DNA of 64,000 nt from Selaginella moellendorffii (lineage: Eukaryota; Plantae; Lycopodiophyta), in contig NW_003314283.1 of the NCBI RefSeq assembly GCF_000143415.4, positions 258,752-322,751 on the forward strand, read 5' to 3'. The notes below the pieces were generated by a model. That model worked only from the letters and a program-made list of their open reading frames with translations, made no database searches and was not told the origin of the DNA. How positions within the stretch are numbered: position 1 is the stretch's first letter; each line of letters starts with the position of its first letter. A program made the position numbers and the translations under genes. Of the stretch, positions 1 through 13,999 are shown in pieces.

Positions 1-970
1 GATCCAGAAGCTGTAACTTACGTACGAAACCTTGAGAAGGTCTCAGAGTTACTGTGCTTAGACGAAGTTGATGCTGTGGAGATTCACACCGGACAAGGGT
101 AGCGTTTTCTATTCCAATTAGTGTCATCTAAAGTCACTAGTGCTAAACTTCTAGACGTTTGGAGGCTTTTCATCAGCTGGTGACAAACCTCGGCAGTTCT
201 TTCGATCATCTAAAGCTTGTGGCGGTAAGCACTTGCTTTCTTTCATGCATTTCTTCACTCGTTTGCAGGTAAGCGTTCCTGACTTGGGCGATTCAATGAT
301 CTCTTCCATGACGTCAATGTACGAGAGCATGAAACCATATGTCAAATGTGCAAACCTCTGGCAGGTATTGTTTTCGTTTTGATTTCAACGATGCTATATA
401 TGATTCTTTAGCTGGATGGACGTCCAATGAGTGGTGATATCGGCAAGGGTGCTACTCGAGCTGCGGTAATCCTGGGTGGAAGAGTTTTAGCGGCTTTGGA
501 TCGTCCCCCAGGTATTTGCCGATCTTTTCACTTAGACCACCAACACTGTTATCATCTTTCCTTTTTGTCTTATTTGCTACAGGTTTCTTACAGCTTGCTG
601 GTGGGACAAATTCACACACCAGAGAGGCTTTAGAGCTCGATGGACTTGTAAACAATGGTTTGTCTTTCACTACTTGGTCGGTTGGTTTTACTATTATACT
701 CTACACAGGCAATGAGTCTATGATTGCTGGCATTGCGGGCATTGCTTTCGGTGGCTATGCTCGAAAGGTATCACTCTTTTATAAGCATTATTCTTCTCTT
801 CCGTGCGGCAAAGACTTAACGTTTTTCCTGTAAAAAAAATCGACCAGATTGTTTGTGGTTTGCTCAAGGAGCTAGAAGCAACAAAGTCTACACGATTGGA
901 GGACCATCCAGAGCTGTTGTTTAAGTCGATCTCTATCACAGGAGAGCTTGTATGGCCCATGAAGCTTTAA
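1..970 (+). CDS. 3' part of a multi-exon LdpA-like Fe-S protein gene (LdpA C-terminal domain); 5' end is outside the window
   Basis: Spliced exons read VDAVEIHTG, WQLDGRPMSGDIGKGATRAAV, PPGFLQLAGGTNSHT and IAGIAFGGYARK, motifs typical of cyanobacterial/plant LdpA. The last exon ends WPMKL-TAA at 970. Confidence 0.85.
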
Positions 971-3065
971 TCTGGGTGCGCTCGCGCGACTGGTACGCAA
1001 AAAAAAGAGAAGAACACATTGTCATGGCGATTAGCTAATGAGTAGTTGCAGGAAAAAACGCATCTCAGGACTGAAGTTTCCAACAAGTTCATGTAAGAAC
1101 CCTGTTTAAGGTGCCTCTTGATTGTGTCTCTTCATCATTTCCTATACTAATCCTAAAATTATAGAGAAATCGCGAATGGTGGCGGCCGATTCTCTCGAAT
1201 TGAATGAGCTTTATTCGCTTCATCAAGGTTGGATGAGTGAGAGCGAAGATCTGTCTTCCATTAAACAGATGCCAAGCTAATTATTGAGGAGAAATTCCAC
1301 ACTCCCATTTTTTCCCGGAAGCATGATGAAAAACTTTCCAAGCTAAGAGCAAGACCGGACTCTATGAATGGCTAGCTATCAGCTTTTTATTTTCTTTTCT
1401 ATGTTTTTTCCTTCGTACTTGGGCTGGAAAATCAGTGCAAACATGATGGTGGTGGATCCTTTCAGGTGGTGAAAGTGGTAAAAGTGGTGTGGAGTGGAAT
1501 AATGCTGATGAGTTTGGACATGACTCATGAGGGGAGAGCGTTATCTTCTTGTCATGTTATTTAAATGGTACACACTGAGTAGAAGCATAGAGATATTCCC
1601 TCCACCAAGCAAGAAAACAAGCTATTTTAGCTTGGTCCCAATGAGAGAATCATCAAAATCTTCAAGGCTCTCTCTCTCTCTTTTCCTTTGAATTTATCTC
1701 CTTCAACAGAAAGAAACAAGAAACAAAGGGTGGGCTATGCTCTGAGGGGAGCTTCTTTTTTGTTTGGGCTTTTGGTACTTTGTCATCTGGAGTTTGTTGT
1801 TTCTTGACTGGAGAAAGAATGAATGGATTCTTTTCAACTCTATTCTCTTTTTCTCTATCTACTAACTCCTCTGGATGGAGAATATGATCGCCTGATTGAG
1901 GCAGTTTCTCAATCACTTATATTCGATCCAGCAAAGAAACAGCAGAGGAAAAAGTGGCACACTTTACATTTTGCCCTTCCACCACCAAGAGCTATTGCAC
2001 TTTGTACAGCACCTCTGATTGATAGCTTCAACTTGAATCTGAACGAGATCTTGCTGATTTCAGGATCATTCCAGACTTACACTAGCACTGAAAATTGTGA
2101 AATTTGAACATAAAAACAGAGCACTCTGTTTTTTTGGTTTTTGCAATCTGGCACAATATCTGGAAAATTGTCACTTTTTGTTCCATCAGCGCTCGCAAAA
2201 ATTTCTGGCATTCCAGCAGAGGTCCTCTGCTGTGTCGCATGTTATGTGGTCAATTTCCATTCCAGAACCTCTGGATCTTCATAATACTTTCGCCTGTCTT
2301 TGTACAATTATATGCTTCTGCCGATCGATTTCGATTGATTTGCACTTCCCTCCTCTTGTTTCCTTTGGATGCGCCCCATTTATGCCATGCCCACCAGACC
2401 ACACCCCAGCACATAGAAATCATGGATTCTTTCACTGTTTGTCTTTTCTCTCTTTTCTTTTTGGGCTTCTCGGTTCTTGGTGTTGCTGGTTGTTGCTGTT
2501 TGATTGATGGACTGATTGATTGATTGGGCCATGCTTCCTTGATGTTGTTTTCTTTCTCTCTCCAAGGCTGCGTAGACAAGACGAATTAATAGTGCTCATC
2601 GAGGTGACTTGTTCCCTCGAAATTCTAATCCTTTCTAAAGCACGGCACGGCACGGAGAGAGATGGAACAAACTAAGTTAACAGCGAATGACGTTTTTATA
2701 GTACAGCCAGGAGCTCGATTTCCCTGGAGGATTTTTCTTTCAGCGGAGATTTCTCCCTTCCTTTTGTCGTAAGAATTTGCCTAAGTAATCCTATACCACC
2801 ACCACTGTAAATATGCTACAAAGCTTTCCTTCGTCGACCACCACGAACGATCTTCTCGCAGTCGTGATCTTCCTCCTCTGGCCAGATGTGGAAGTGATAC
2901 CGTATCCATCAATCAATCAACCGAGTGTGTGAGTCACTGTCCTGTCTGTTTGGTTGTCTCCTCCTGCCTGTGAATCTTCAAGGCCCTGGCCCAGCTTCCC
3001 TCGCCAATCCCGAGTACGGTGTAAAGTTTCTAGTACCTCCCAAGTCATAGTCATCGCAGTTACTT

Positions 3066-5963
3066 CTAGCTCTGATCCCCCGGACAGACTTGAAGAACAA
3101 CCTGTTGCTGCTCGCCATGCACCAACTGGAGCTTCGACTTTACAGCTTGCTGCTGATGGTGATGATCCTGGAGCTCTAAATCCCCTGCTTTGCCTGCCAG
3201 TAGTAGCCTGCTGCGGTTGGATTCTGCGTCGAAGCTCGCATGAACGCTGTAAACCACGTAGAAAATCACCACCACTATCGACCAGAGCCCAAACCTCCTG
3301 TAAGACTGCCAGTCCACCGAGCCAAGCAAGAACACGTTGAGGAAGATGGAGACGGCGGCTAACCACGGCATGAGCGGAGCACCCCAGTCAGCCGGCTTGT
3401 GAGCTTGCGGGACTTTCCACCAAAAGATCATAGTGAGAAGCACGCACAAGACGCCGAAGAAGACGAGCCCCCACCAGAGGTCGTTGCGGTTCAAGTTCCA
3501 AAAGGTGACGAAGCCGATGGCGGAGCCGGAGAAGAGGGCGAGGAAGACGAGCGTCGGCCAGGGGCTGGAGATCTTCCTCACGACGTGCCTCCGGAAGATG
3601 AGAGCGTTGGCGACCATGTAGAAGACGAAGAGCGTCCCGATAGAAATCATGTTGAGTAGGATCTCTAGATCGGTGAACAGAGATATCGCAGAAGTTACAA
3701 CGCCTGGACATCGAAACAAAAGTATTAAATTCGCAAGCCTGGAGAACTATAAAGAAAGACGCGTAGTGCTCACCTAAGAAAACTGTCGCATTGATTGGAG
3801 TCCCTGTAGAAGGATTTACCTTCGCAAACCAGTAAGGGATAACGTTGGACCTTCCTATCACGCACAAGTATCGCGCCTGTCCAAGCATAGCAACAAGCAG
3901 GGACGTAAAAATCCCCAAGCTTGCACCAACCGAGACTATCTTCGCAGCCCAATCCCAGCCAACTTTCCTGAAAGCCATCGGATAGGAGGCATCCGCGTCA
4001 ATCTGTGAATCACCACAAGAGGATACAATATCAGAACACACCCAAAACCATATAGAAAAGCTTACCATATCGTAAGGGACGAGCATACTCATGGAGGCAG
4101 CCATGAGGCAGTATAAGACTGAAACGATAGCGACCGAGCCGGAGACACCAATTGGTATGTTCTTCTTCACAGGCTCTTCAACCTCTTCCGCCAAAGTTGA
4201 AACTGCGTCGTAGCCGATATAACTGAAGTAAACAATCGCGGCACCATTTAGCACTCCCCTGACTCCGTAAGGGAAGAATCCACCTTCGCTGCTCGGGTGT
4301 CCGGGTGTTGTGAAGTTCTTCACGTCTCCCTTGACAAATCCGGCCACAATGATGAACAATATGAACAAAACATGGGCTACTGTCATCACCATGTTAAAAA
4401 TGGAGCTGTCTTTGGTGCTGCAGAACAAAGGATATAAAAACATTATAGTCAAATCTTCCCGGATACAAAAACAAGCACAAGCAAGCTCAAGAAAGTCGCG
4501 CGACTGCTCGCATTCCAAAGCCTCGCATAACAAAATAAAGACGAAGTTCGCAACAATTTCCAGCCAAAACAATTGACCACGAAACCATTTCGAGGATCAA
4601 GACTGGTGACCCTATCCACTTGAGAGCGACGATAAATTCATGGGACTCTGTGCAGTAGCAACCAAAAACACTAAAGACACCACACAGGCCAGCGGTTTTA
4701 ATCGATCGGATCCGGCACACGCATCGAATTCTCTCGAGATAAGAACGACCATAAACTTTGGGGGGCCTGTAGAAACTAAGAACCAGGAGCAATCATCGAG
4801 GCATCAATAAACAGAAACTATGCAAAAGGATCCCACCAGGGAAAAAGAAACTCCAAAAAAAAATGAACACCAAAAGCAGCAAACCAGGCAAGAGAAGAAT
4901 TTTGATGGATTTCTCATACCTGTAGCACAAGAATATTGTGATTATGATGAGCAGAGCCACGGCCGGGAAATCCAGCATGTTGTATTTGGAATGGATTGCT
5001 GTCACCTCAATTCTCCAAGCGGCCACTCCAAAGATGGCTGAAAAGTACGCAGTGAAGCTCCTGGCCACGGCAGCGTTGGACAAAACGTACTCCATGAGGA
5101 GGTTGGCACCAGTGAAAAACGCAGCGAATTCCCCTAAGAAAATCGAAGAAAAAAAATCCAACCTCAGCTCGAAACAAAGAAAAGAAACAAAGGCCACAAT
5201 TCAATCCACAAACCATCGAAGATCACAAGGAAAAGAATTCCAAAATCAGCTCGAGCAAGAACGAAACAAAGACCATCGACAATCCCTTTCTCCTTTGAGC
5301 AAGAAACAAAACAAAGAAAGTAAACAAAGATCACAATTCAATCCCTGGCTCAAAAGGATCACTCACAACTTAACCATCAAAAACCACAAGAAAAAATCAG
5401 CAGCTCGAGCAGAACACAAGGAAAAGAAGCAGAGTTCCAATTCAATCCACACTCCCTGGCTCAAAGGATCACTCACAACACAACTTGGAGCAACGCAAGC
5501 ACACAAAAAGAAAGCAAAACAAGAAAAAATAAAGGAAAGGAGAGGAGTTCTTGGAGTTCTTACCAAATGTGATGCGCAAGTAGCTAAACGCGCCTCCAGC
5601 GACGGGCATTTCCACCGCGAATTCGGTGTAGCAGAAGGCCGAGAGGAGCGCCGAGATGCCAGCCACAATGTATGCCAGCACTATCGATGGGCCGGCGAAG
5701 CTCTTGGCGGCGGTGCCGGTCGTGACGAAGATCCCCGCCCCCAGCATCCCTCCCATTCCCATCGCGATTAGATCATACCACTTGAGCTTGCGCCGCATTT
5801 CGGCGCCGGATCGCGATCGCACCTCGTTCATCTCCTCGCTCGGCGTCCACGACGCGGCCATTCGCTGCTTGAGCCGCGAATGCGTCTTGGAGATCGCGGA
5901 GAGATAGGCCGTGACGCTGGCGAAGGAGGAGGAGGGATCCTCCATGTCGACGCATCGATTCAT
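3066..5963 (-). CDS. Cationic amino acid transporter (CAT/SLC7, APC superfamily), multi-exon
   Basis: Motifs GGMLGAGIFVTTG, AGPSIVLAY, CYTEFAVEMPVAGGAFSYL, FSYIGYDAVSTLAEEV, SIGTLFVFYMVA and the C-terminal WGAPLMPWL..SIFLN across ORFs 5469-5963, 4793-5197, 3388-4572 and 3066-3719, joined by GT-AG introns. Confidence 0.95.
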
Positions 5964-7486
5964 CCAATCCAGAAAGGAAGAGAATTTGGGAAAATTTCCT
6001 AGTATCGCTCCAAGAACAAGGACTAACTAGCTAGGTTGGCTTTTATAAAGGAGGTTCCACAAAAGGAATTTGCTCCAACGGTGGAGATGCGCAAACCGAG
6101 ACTACCCCATGACGTGGACGGCTGCGATTTGGGGGATCGTAGTAAAAGGGTCAAAACCAAAACGGACGGAGACAATCAATCCTGGCCGTCCACGTGAAAT
6201 TTGGCGCAGATAAACTAAACCTTTACCGCCCTTCACGCGTGAGGGGCGCTAGTACGGACGTTTATCTGGAAACGTACTCCGGTTGGTTGACCTTTCCCCT
6301 TTACCTGTGATGGTGGCCTGCCGGCCGCCTTCCCGTGCCAGTATTTACTCTCAGCACGCTATGGCCGCCAAACGATCCATCTCCCGGCACGGTTAAAACA
6401 CGAAGTAACCTGGCCACGGGGCTCGAGGTCTTTCACTTTTCACCTCATCCGTCCGGTAAATTCTCCAGTGCCAGGCCGCCAGCCGCCGTAACAGCGACGC
6501 GTGGTAACTAATCTCCCGCCAAAGTAAAGGGCTTACTAAATTTCGAGGGAATATTAGGGTTACGTGGCGCCGTGGTTATTGATTGTATGGAATATTAAGT
6601 GTAACTTTCGAAAGGAGCCACTCCCATTCATGCATTGTCCTTGTATCATAGAGATTCAATGAAAACACCACGGCTATAGCTTGGAAGTACGCTTTCATCT
6701 TGCCCTAATATACGTGCGAGGAGGACGACTCAGGAAAGCAACCTTTCACGCAGCGCTAAATCTTTCCAATAAACTATACACACCAAAGATCAAGCAAACA
6801 CAAAGGTGGCGATGATCTTGTGACAAAATCTCCAAATCTGTCTTGAAATCTTCATAGTTTTCTCTTTTCTCTTTGGTCCTGTCATGCCAAATGTAATTTT
6901 TAGCGCTTTCCGTTGCACGGCGGACGCAAGCAATCGTGATCCAGTCAACTTGGCCCGGCTTTGTTGTGAGAACATTAAACTTTAAAAGTCCCCACGGGTG
7001 AGATTTGGATCAGTTGGATCATTTCAAACTTGCTTGTTGCTGGTTGGTTGGCGCGCGAGCCAAAAGTTCGATTCGATGGTGCTTCCGTGCTTCATCGCCT
7101 CTGAGTCTTGTTTACATACAAGTGTTCCACCCAGCCACGCAAAATCCTGGGATTGATTAACGTAATCCCAAATGCCACCTTCTCCTATAGATGAAGATTC
7201 TCCATGATTAAGTAAGATTAGTCAAGAACACTGTAAGATCCTGCAATTCTTCGTATCTGTGAAAAAGATTGAAAAAACAAGCCATGCATTTTGCATTTGG
7301 GAAGCCCTTGAAACATCAAACTCAAAGATTGGAATGCTTGGAAGTGTGAAAGTCCAGCACACATAAAATGCAGATTCCATACTTGTTCACGCTTGGAGCA
7401 TTCATAATGTTTTTCTAAACACCACTTGTGCTGGGTTGATGATTTTTTGACTACATGTTGTTGGGGTCTTGCCAACCAGAGGCACG

Positions 7487-7603
7487 AAACCATTTACATA
7501 TTGATGCAATGCAAACTCACTCGCTCACTCTTGGGTCCCTCTACTCATGAAACCATTTAGATATTGATGCAATGCAAACTCACTTGCTCACACTCTTGGG
7601 TCC
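7487..7603. repeat. ~63-bp tandem duplication
   Basis: GAAACCATTTAsATATTGATGCAATGCAAACTCACTyGCTCAC..TCTTGGGTCC occurs twice in tandem. Confidence 0.85.
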
Positions 7604-9606
7604 TTTTAGTTTTTTTGGTGAACGTTTGCAATCCACGACAAGAACCGTTTTGCAATGAAGATTTGGTTGAGATCAGTCACTGCTTAATCTGCCTTTGATT
7701 ACTCTAATAAACTAGGTGGCAGAATTTCAATAGGCAATTTACAAAATGTAGTCTCGGATCTGCTGCGTCAACTTTTCCATGCACACAGATCCGCTGTCCG
7801 AATTTTTTTTTTCATAAGGGGGCAAAGTTGACGTGTGTCTGACAAATTGCGCATCACTAGAAAAGTCACCTGTTCCTGCATTCATCTAAACAAATCGCTG
7901 CTGCACATTGACATTTTGGGAAAGCGGGGAGGCGTTTCTGATTCTCTCTTCTTTCACAAAAATAAAAACGATAAAACAACCATGGGGGAAGTTGAACTCG
8001 GACACAAAACAGACAGCGGTGGTGATGGGTTGCGCTTGTTCCAATTATTTAAAAGAACAGCAGATTTCTTTCATGGTGGCCAACATTTACAAATGAGAGA
8101 CAAAGACGCCAACTTTCAACAAAGGAAATACGACTTCATAATCTCCTTTCCATTTTAAAAACCCGAGAAGAAAGATTTTATAGAGAAAGTTTTTGGCAAC
8201 ATGTAAGTTATGAGGAGCAGAACAAAGCAGCCAGGCAGGCCATGCCTCCTCGCAAGGAGTCGTAATCCAAAACACGTCCAAGCAGCAGTATAGCAGCAGC
8301 AAACACACCTCCCATTCTTTTCGCGACGAGATTTTTATAGACGCCCTGCAACAATCGCCAGGATTTTAAAGGCTGCCATGGATCGATCGATCGAGATCAG
8401 CGAGTAAAGTATACCGCCAGTGGATCATCCAATCGCGAAAGCCGCGTACACAGCTTCCCTCAAACAAGAGTAGTTTTTGCTTGTGTCCAGCTTGCCTTCG
8501 TTTTGCTTTCGTTTTCAAGCAGAGACACGCATGGCCCATCCCCGTGATCCTAGTTAAGAGAGAGGGAAAAACAATCAAGGATTTTGGCAATGGCACTTTG
8601 AAATGAAAGAAAAAAGTCGAACCTTTGTTTCTTCTTGCTGCTCGTGGTCCATCACCCACTCTTTACAGCAGCTTCTTATCATTTTCTCGCCAAACGCCGT
8701 TCCTTTAGGTAGCTTTCTCCTTTCTCTGCTTCCTTTCTTTTTCATTGAGCTCCCGGACCACTCCTCCCTGGCCAGGAAAATTGCAAATTTTGGTGGAACT
8801 TTCGGGAGCTCGAAGAATCATACCTGATCTCTGGAGGAACGGTGTTGAATCCTGGTCACATATAGTCGGTGCAAAGGCAGAGAAAGGAACTCGCTACTTA
8901 GCATTCAAGCAAGTTGTGCGTGACTGCTCTCTCGTAGAGATGGGACCAGCATTATATGGTCCCGTCGTGGGGAGTTTCTAGCCAAAAGCCACGAGTCAAC
9001 TGTATATGCAGCGTAGGACCAAAACTCGCGGTAATGGAAATCTGAATAATTCACCTCAGTTATTTCGTTTTCGAAAATTTGGAAAAGACCTTACCTCATA
9101 GTGGATGAGGTCAGTTTTCTCTCTTTTCTTCCCTTTGACAATTTGAGACGTGATGTCACTTGAACTTATGTGAGCCTGAGAAGAATAAAAGAAAGTACTT
9201 ATGTTTCCTCGAGGCCTCAAGGACTCACTTCTGCAACATCGGCCAAAAAGAATTGAGTTAGAATGCATGGAAAAGAAAGTACTGAGATCTTTAGTCTAAC
9301 TTACATCACTTCGATGAACTTGCGAAAATCTTGATAGCGACAATCTGTAAGTTCGCATCGTGTCATGTTTAGCACAAGGAATATGAGAAAGAAAGAAAAA
9401 ATCGTGTCTTTGACTTAAACCAGCAGTAAAACCTATGCAAGTTCCAGTTAGTTTCTCCCAGGATTGTCAAGAAAAGCGAAAAACAATTACATTCATTAGT
9501 GAACTCGATCGCTGCTCCTTTGAGAAGGCTCCTTGATCTTCTCTCTCTGATGAAGAAGAAACGAGAAAAAGAAAAACGAGAGAATGCACGATTTCGTGGA
9601 TGTGAG

Positions 9607-10194
9607 CTAGCAAATCCACTTCTCACCCCTGACTTGTTTCAGTGCCGCCACCCTCGAGTTCTCTCTAGCGATGGCTTCTTCCTTTCTAGAAATTCTATCC
9701 TTCCATGCCGCCAGAGCCTTCTCTCTCGCCTTCTCAGCCTCTACTCTCACACTCTCACCATCGATCACTACATTCTCTAACGAGTTCTTGCCACTAGAAA
9801 AGCACCCCCTTGTACTGTGAATGTAGCGTTTGCCACTAGCCCTGTGCTCTAGAGATCCATCCCTGACTCTCTCTATCATCGTTATCCCAGCCGGAGCTTT
9901 CCCAAAGAGATGGAATCCATCGTCTTCTTCCTGGGATGGAGCAGCCACTGGACGATCTGGCTCCTCCTCCGCGCGGATAATCTCCACTGTCTTGTCCAGG
10001 AATTCGTGGAGCTGATCTTGGAGCCGAACCTGGTAGAACTTGAGGTGATGATCGTCGGCGGCGCCTTCTTCTACCTGGTGATCGATTGGCCTAGCAGCGG
10101 ATGGAGTGAGAGAGCTATAATCCACGACGCAGCTGCGCAGCCGCTTCTCTTCCTCCTCCCCTTCGCTCGATTCTTGCATCGATCGCTTTCTCAT
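9607..10194 (-). CDS. Uncharacterised intronless plant protein with a charged C-terminal helix (..EEAIARENSRVAALKQVRGEKW); probable start MRKRSMQE at 10194
   Basis: Open frame (ORF 9607-10476). The C-terminus resembles a conserved plant unknown-function motif, and a telo-box AAACCCTAG lies just upstream. A frameshifted paralog sits at 19418-20020. Confidence 0.6.
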   Translation of the reverse strand: MRKRSMQESSEGEEEEKRLRSCVVDYSSLTPSAARPIDHQVEEGAADDHHLKFYQVRLQDQLHEFLDKTVEIIRAEEEPDRPVAAPSQEEDDGFHLFGKAPAGITMIERVRDGSLEHRASGKRYIHSTRGCFSSGKNSLENVVIDGESVRVEAEKAREKALAAWKDRISRKEEAIARENSRVAALKQVRGEKWIC

Positions 10195-10369
10195 CTCCAA
10201 AACCCTAGGAAGAATGCGCTCACCTCTCTGGATCCAGCAATGCGCGGCCGATCTACACGAGCTAGCTCCGCTCCTCCAGCGCTCCAAGATCGCATCGAGA
10301 TCACCCTTTCTCGCTAGGGTAAACCATGGAGGATGGAAATATTTCGAGGGCTTTTGGTGTTTGAAAGAG

Positions 10370-10860
10370 TCAAGATATTGTCGATCCTTCCTGCTGGAGG
10401 AGTGCGCGGCTTCTTCTGCCAGGGCAGGCACTGGATTCGCGACCGTGGCAGCGTCATGGCGCCGGCGACGAGACAATCCCAGGTTTTCTAGCTTCTCGAG
10501 TTCCAGGGGAAGATCTGGAAGACGTTACATTCTCTAGCAATTCGGAGCCGCAAGGAACGAATGATAGCCTCCAGCTCTATGGACAGATCGAGAAGTATGC
10601 TGGTGAAAGAATTTCGTCGTTTTCATGCTTGTTCTTCTTTCTTTCCAGGGTTTTTGTGGACTCTGCGATGTAAGCACAAGGAACTCTTGGACGCTGGCAA
10701 GAAATCCAAGTAAGCTCTATCTGTGTTTTTGTCTTTCACAGAGAGAGCACTGGTGATTTTGTTTTCCTTCTCCAGGGAGACCGAGCAAAGGAGATCAGTT
10801 GTCCATTTTGGAGCTGCTCCACAGATCACGTATCGCTTGTTTCTGGAACGCCTTGTAGAG
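10370..10860 (+). pseudogene. Truncated 5' fragment of the DUF1350 gene (inverted duplicate)
   Basis: Near-identical to the reverse complement of ~18690-19250 (AASSARAGTGFATVAASWRRRR; GAAPQITYRLFLERL), but lacks the ATG region, has internal deletions and stops after exon 3. Confidence 0.85.
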
Positions 10861-11199
10861 CCCTTAAGGACTAGCAAAAGTCTAGCAGTTTCGGTGGGCA
10901 GAGAGGTGAGAGTTTCATATTGTATAGAATGATTTAACTCTGTCTTTCCATGCATGATCATAACAATGCTATAATGAAAGTTGTTTGTTATGATAGCACG
11001 TCAAAGGACTGACCATTTCACTTTTAAGCCCACTTTAACCAAGACACATCATATCATTTGTTTAAATCATTATTTTGAATTAAGAATGTTGTTTTTCAAT
11101 GTAGCAAAGAGTTTATCCTTAGCTAGCTAGAGGATCACTTTGGGATCTTATATAAATACTTTAACATAGTCAAAAATAAATATTATATTTACTTGACCC

Positions 11200-13450
11200 T
11201 TGGAGTTATTGATTATGACCCAAGGGTATTCCCACACTTTAGAAGTTAGCCTTTTCAGCCAAGGGTTTATAACAATTAAAATTAAGTGTCCCCATTCTAT
11301 TTATTATGTCTTTAGTTTATACCAAAGTATTCAAGTTAAATGTGCTAAACTTTTATATCCAACACACTTTTGAATTATAACTTTGAGGCATCCTCCACTT
11401 GATGGTATGTACAATGAATGTTTTCATATTCTAAACTATCACTATGCCTTAATGCCCTTCAAACACTAGATATGTATTTACAGGTGGTATCATATAAAAT
11501 ACCAATTTTATACCCATGTCAATTAATTTCTCTTTCATATATGTCTTATGGATTATGATTTAGAAATTTTGTTCCTCCTAGCTTTCAAGTTATTTCATTG
11601 GACAAATTAAGTGATCAACCTATGATCATGCATGAACACCTTTATATTTAGCATCACAAGCTTTCCCTTCTGAAGTCAACTCTTCAATTACAACCTCATT
11701 CTTTTGACTTGTCAATCCCACTTAATAAGTCATCCAGCCAGTATAATATAATTACTCATAAGTATATACATCCTCAAATCCCAACTTTTATTCAAAACCA
11801 TTTATTTAAACATGTAATAACTACTTCCCCTACTTTGATAGCTTCACCTCATAACAAATTTTAAAACCACATTTCTATTATGCTACTTTAATTTGGCATA
11901 TGCTTATAAACCATTTGTACTTAATTTTAAGCTTACCCAAAATTGTCTTTGGAATATTAAAAGGATTCCACCTTTTAGCTTGTTAAAGCTTCTCCTTTCA
12001 CAAGCTTATCTAATTTAATATAAACATTTTTATATTTTAGACTTTCATAATACCATATCTACAAATAGTAAAACCCTCAAGTATACATTTGATTCCCCAC
12101 TCTCAACTTATATAACCACCTTAGGTTATATCCCTTAATTTCTATAGTTCAATTCTATCTTTCTATTACTTGCTCTTAGCTCTATATGTTCCTTTTATTT
12201 ATTCTCCTCCATGTTAGGAGAGTAATTTTGCACTTTCTACTCATGCTTTAGCAAATATTTTTAAGGATAAATTTACTCAATAATTTAGAAAATGGTTCTC
12301 TTAATTAAGATAGACTCAATTTGTAATCCTATACACCAAGATTAATGTTCTTTATATGCCTATTGTTAACTATGCCAAAATCTTTTTTGGCCTTATCCAC
12401 CTTGGATAGGTAAATTCCCTCATCTTTAATTTTTCCAACCTTGAACTTTAGATAACACCTCTTATTCATTATTTTTTAAGGACTTAATCCTTTGGACATT
12501 ATCTAATGCCTTCATAATATATTATTTTGATGTTTTATGTGTTTATATGGTTTAATAGTAGACTTCTCAAGCAATGAGAGTTTTCTTTTATAACAATGAT
12601 TTACTATATTGTAATGCAAGTAACTTACCCTTCAAGAGATATATCAAACTTCATTCTTAACTCAATAAAAAGTCTTAGGAAGTTATTTTCCACTATCCTA
12701 ATTAATTGTATCAAACTTGTGCTATAACATATTGCCAATGCTTCCACACTTTCATTCATATTTAATTAAAAACATTTTAGTTCCATGCCTTCCAGCTTAG
12801 CCAAACTTATTTCTTTTGGAATTCCCTTGGCAAGGATCTTCTAAACTAACCACCTTGGCATACTTAATGAACCCTCCAATGAGAAACTTGGTATCTTTGT
12901 ACCATCAGCTTTATGCGTCTGTACTATATATTCCACTTGTATTTATATCTTTCACCAAAATCATCCTTTGCCATTTCTTATATTAAAATAACTAATATTA
13001 AATTCAAGCTTAAACACAATTCTTCTCAAAAGTTATTTCTATGTGAATATATTTTAACTTCAATATGGCATTATCAGCCACTAATGAGATACTCACTATT
13101 TTTAGTGAGTATTTTTAAATTTCATAGCCACTCTAGTTTTTAATTGGGCACAACTCATTTTTTTCTAAAATCTATTTTATTTATATCCTTAGAACCATCT
13201 CTTAACTCCACTAAGTCACATATCTTTTGGACTTGTTAGTCTTGCTACTTATAAGCTCGTAGTGTCATGGCTCTTGAATATAACTTATGTCCTAACCATT
13301 CCATTAGTGTTACTCAAGTAGAATCTACTAGAATATTTAAGTATATTTTAAGTATATTCACTATAGATTTGCTTAAGCAATACATATAAACCATAACCAA
13401 TAAATTTAAAATTAACAAATATATATTGATATAAATTATTTATATCTTTT
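11200..13450 (-). mobile_element. Highly decayed AT-rich LTR-retroelement remnant (possibly Ty1/copia)
   Basis: No ORFs; only faint RT-like fragments (e.g. EGIYLS at ~12400-12420). 13315-13400 resembles 24005-24100, so it is a dispersed repeat. Confidence 0.3.
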
Positions 13451-13999
13451 TATTTGTGATTATATAAATTACATTCCTTCTGTATGTGGCTTGGTTTTTC
13501 TTTCTGAGTAAACCCTTGGTTTTTACATTCTTAAACACAATTACTACTTGTTGTTTTGATAGAATTTAGCTATATCCAAGTTGTTTAAAGTTTGACTTTG
13601 TAATTTACATATTGTAATTGAAAATGTAAGTCTTATAGGGACTTACTTTTTCTTCAATACCTAATACTTTGCTTCTAATACATTTTGCAATGTTGAGGTA
13701 ATAATTAACTATGTGAACACATCAAGATTGCAAAATAACATTATAATATCATTATATTTAGATTGCAGAGGCATTCTAAAGAAGTCTCATATTTCTTCTA
13801 GGGAATGATTCTAAATTGTATTTAGACTTTTGTAAGAAATTAATCTTTTTGGTAACATTGTCAAAACTTGTTCAATTATATCCATAAATGGTTTGTTAAA
13901 TTGCCTTGTACTTATAGACATATCAAGTTATTTTTGTGTCCCAAAACGTATTCTGGCTACTATAGATAGCTGTGATAAAACCTCAAAGACAACTACACT

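Noticed and set aside
1400-2700. Short hydrophobic ORFs and a possible miRNA (TGATTGGGCCATGC resembles the start of miR171)
   Set aside because: The match is only partial, I saw no convincing hairpin partner, and the ORFs are low-complexity.
4938-5771. 277-aa + strand Lys-rich ORF
   Set aside because: It is antisense to CAT exons and a T-rich repetitive intron, with no recognisable domain.
7835-9000. Several 60-107 aa ORFs and a 35-aa minus-strand ORF near 8205-8315
   Set aside because: No recognisable motifs or splice structure; cannot be supported without expression data.
10195-10476. N-terminal extension of ORF 9607-10476 as real coding sequence
   Set aside because: It begins at a non-ATG codon, is antisense to the DUF1350 remnant, and is closed in the paralogous copy; the ATG at 10194 is preferred.
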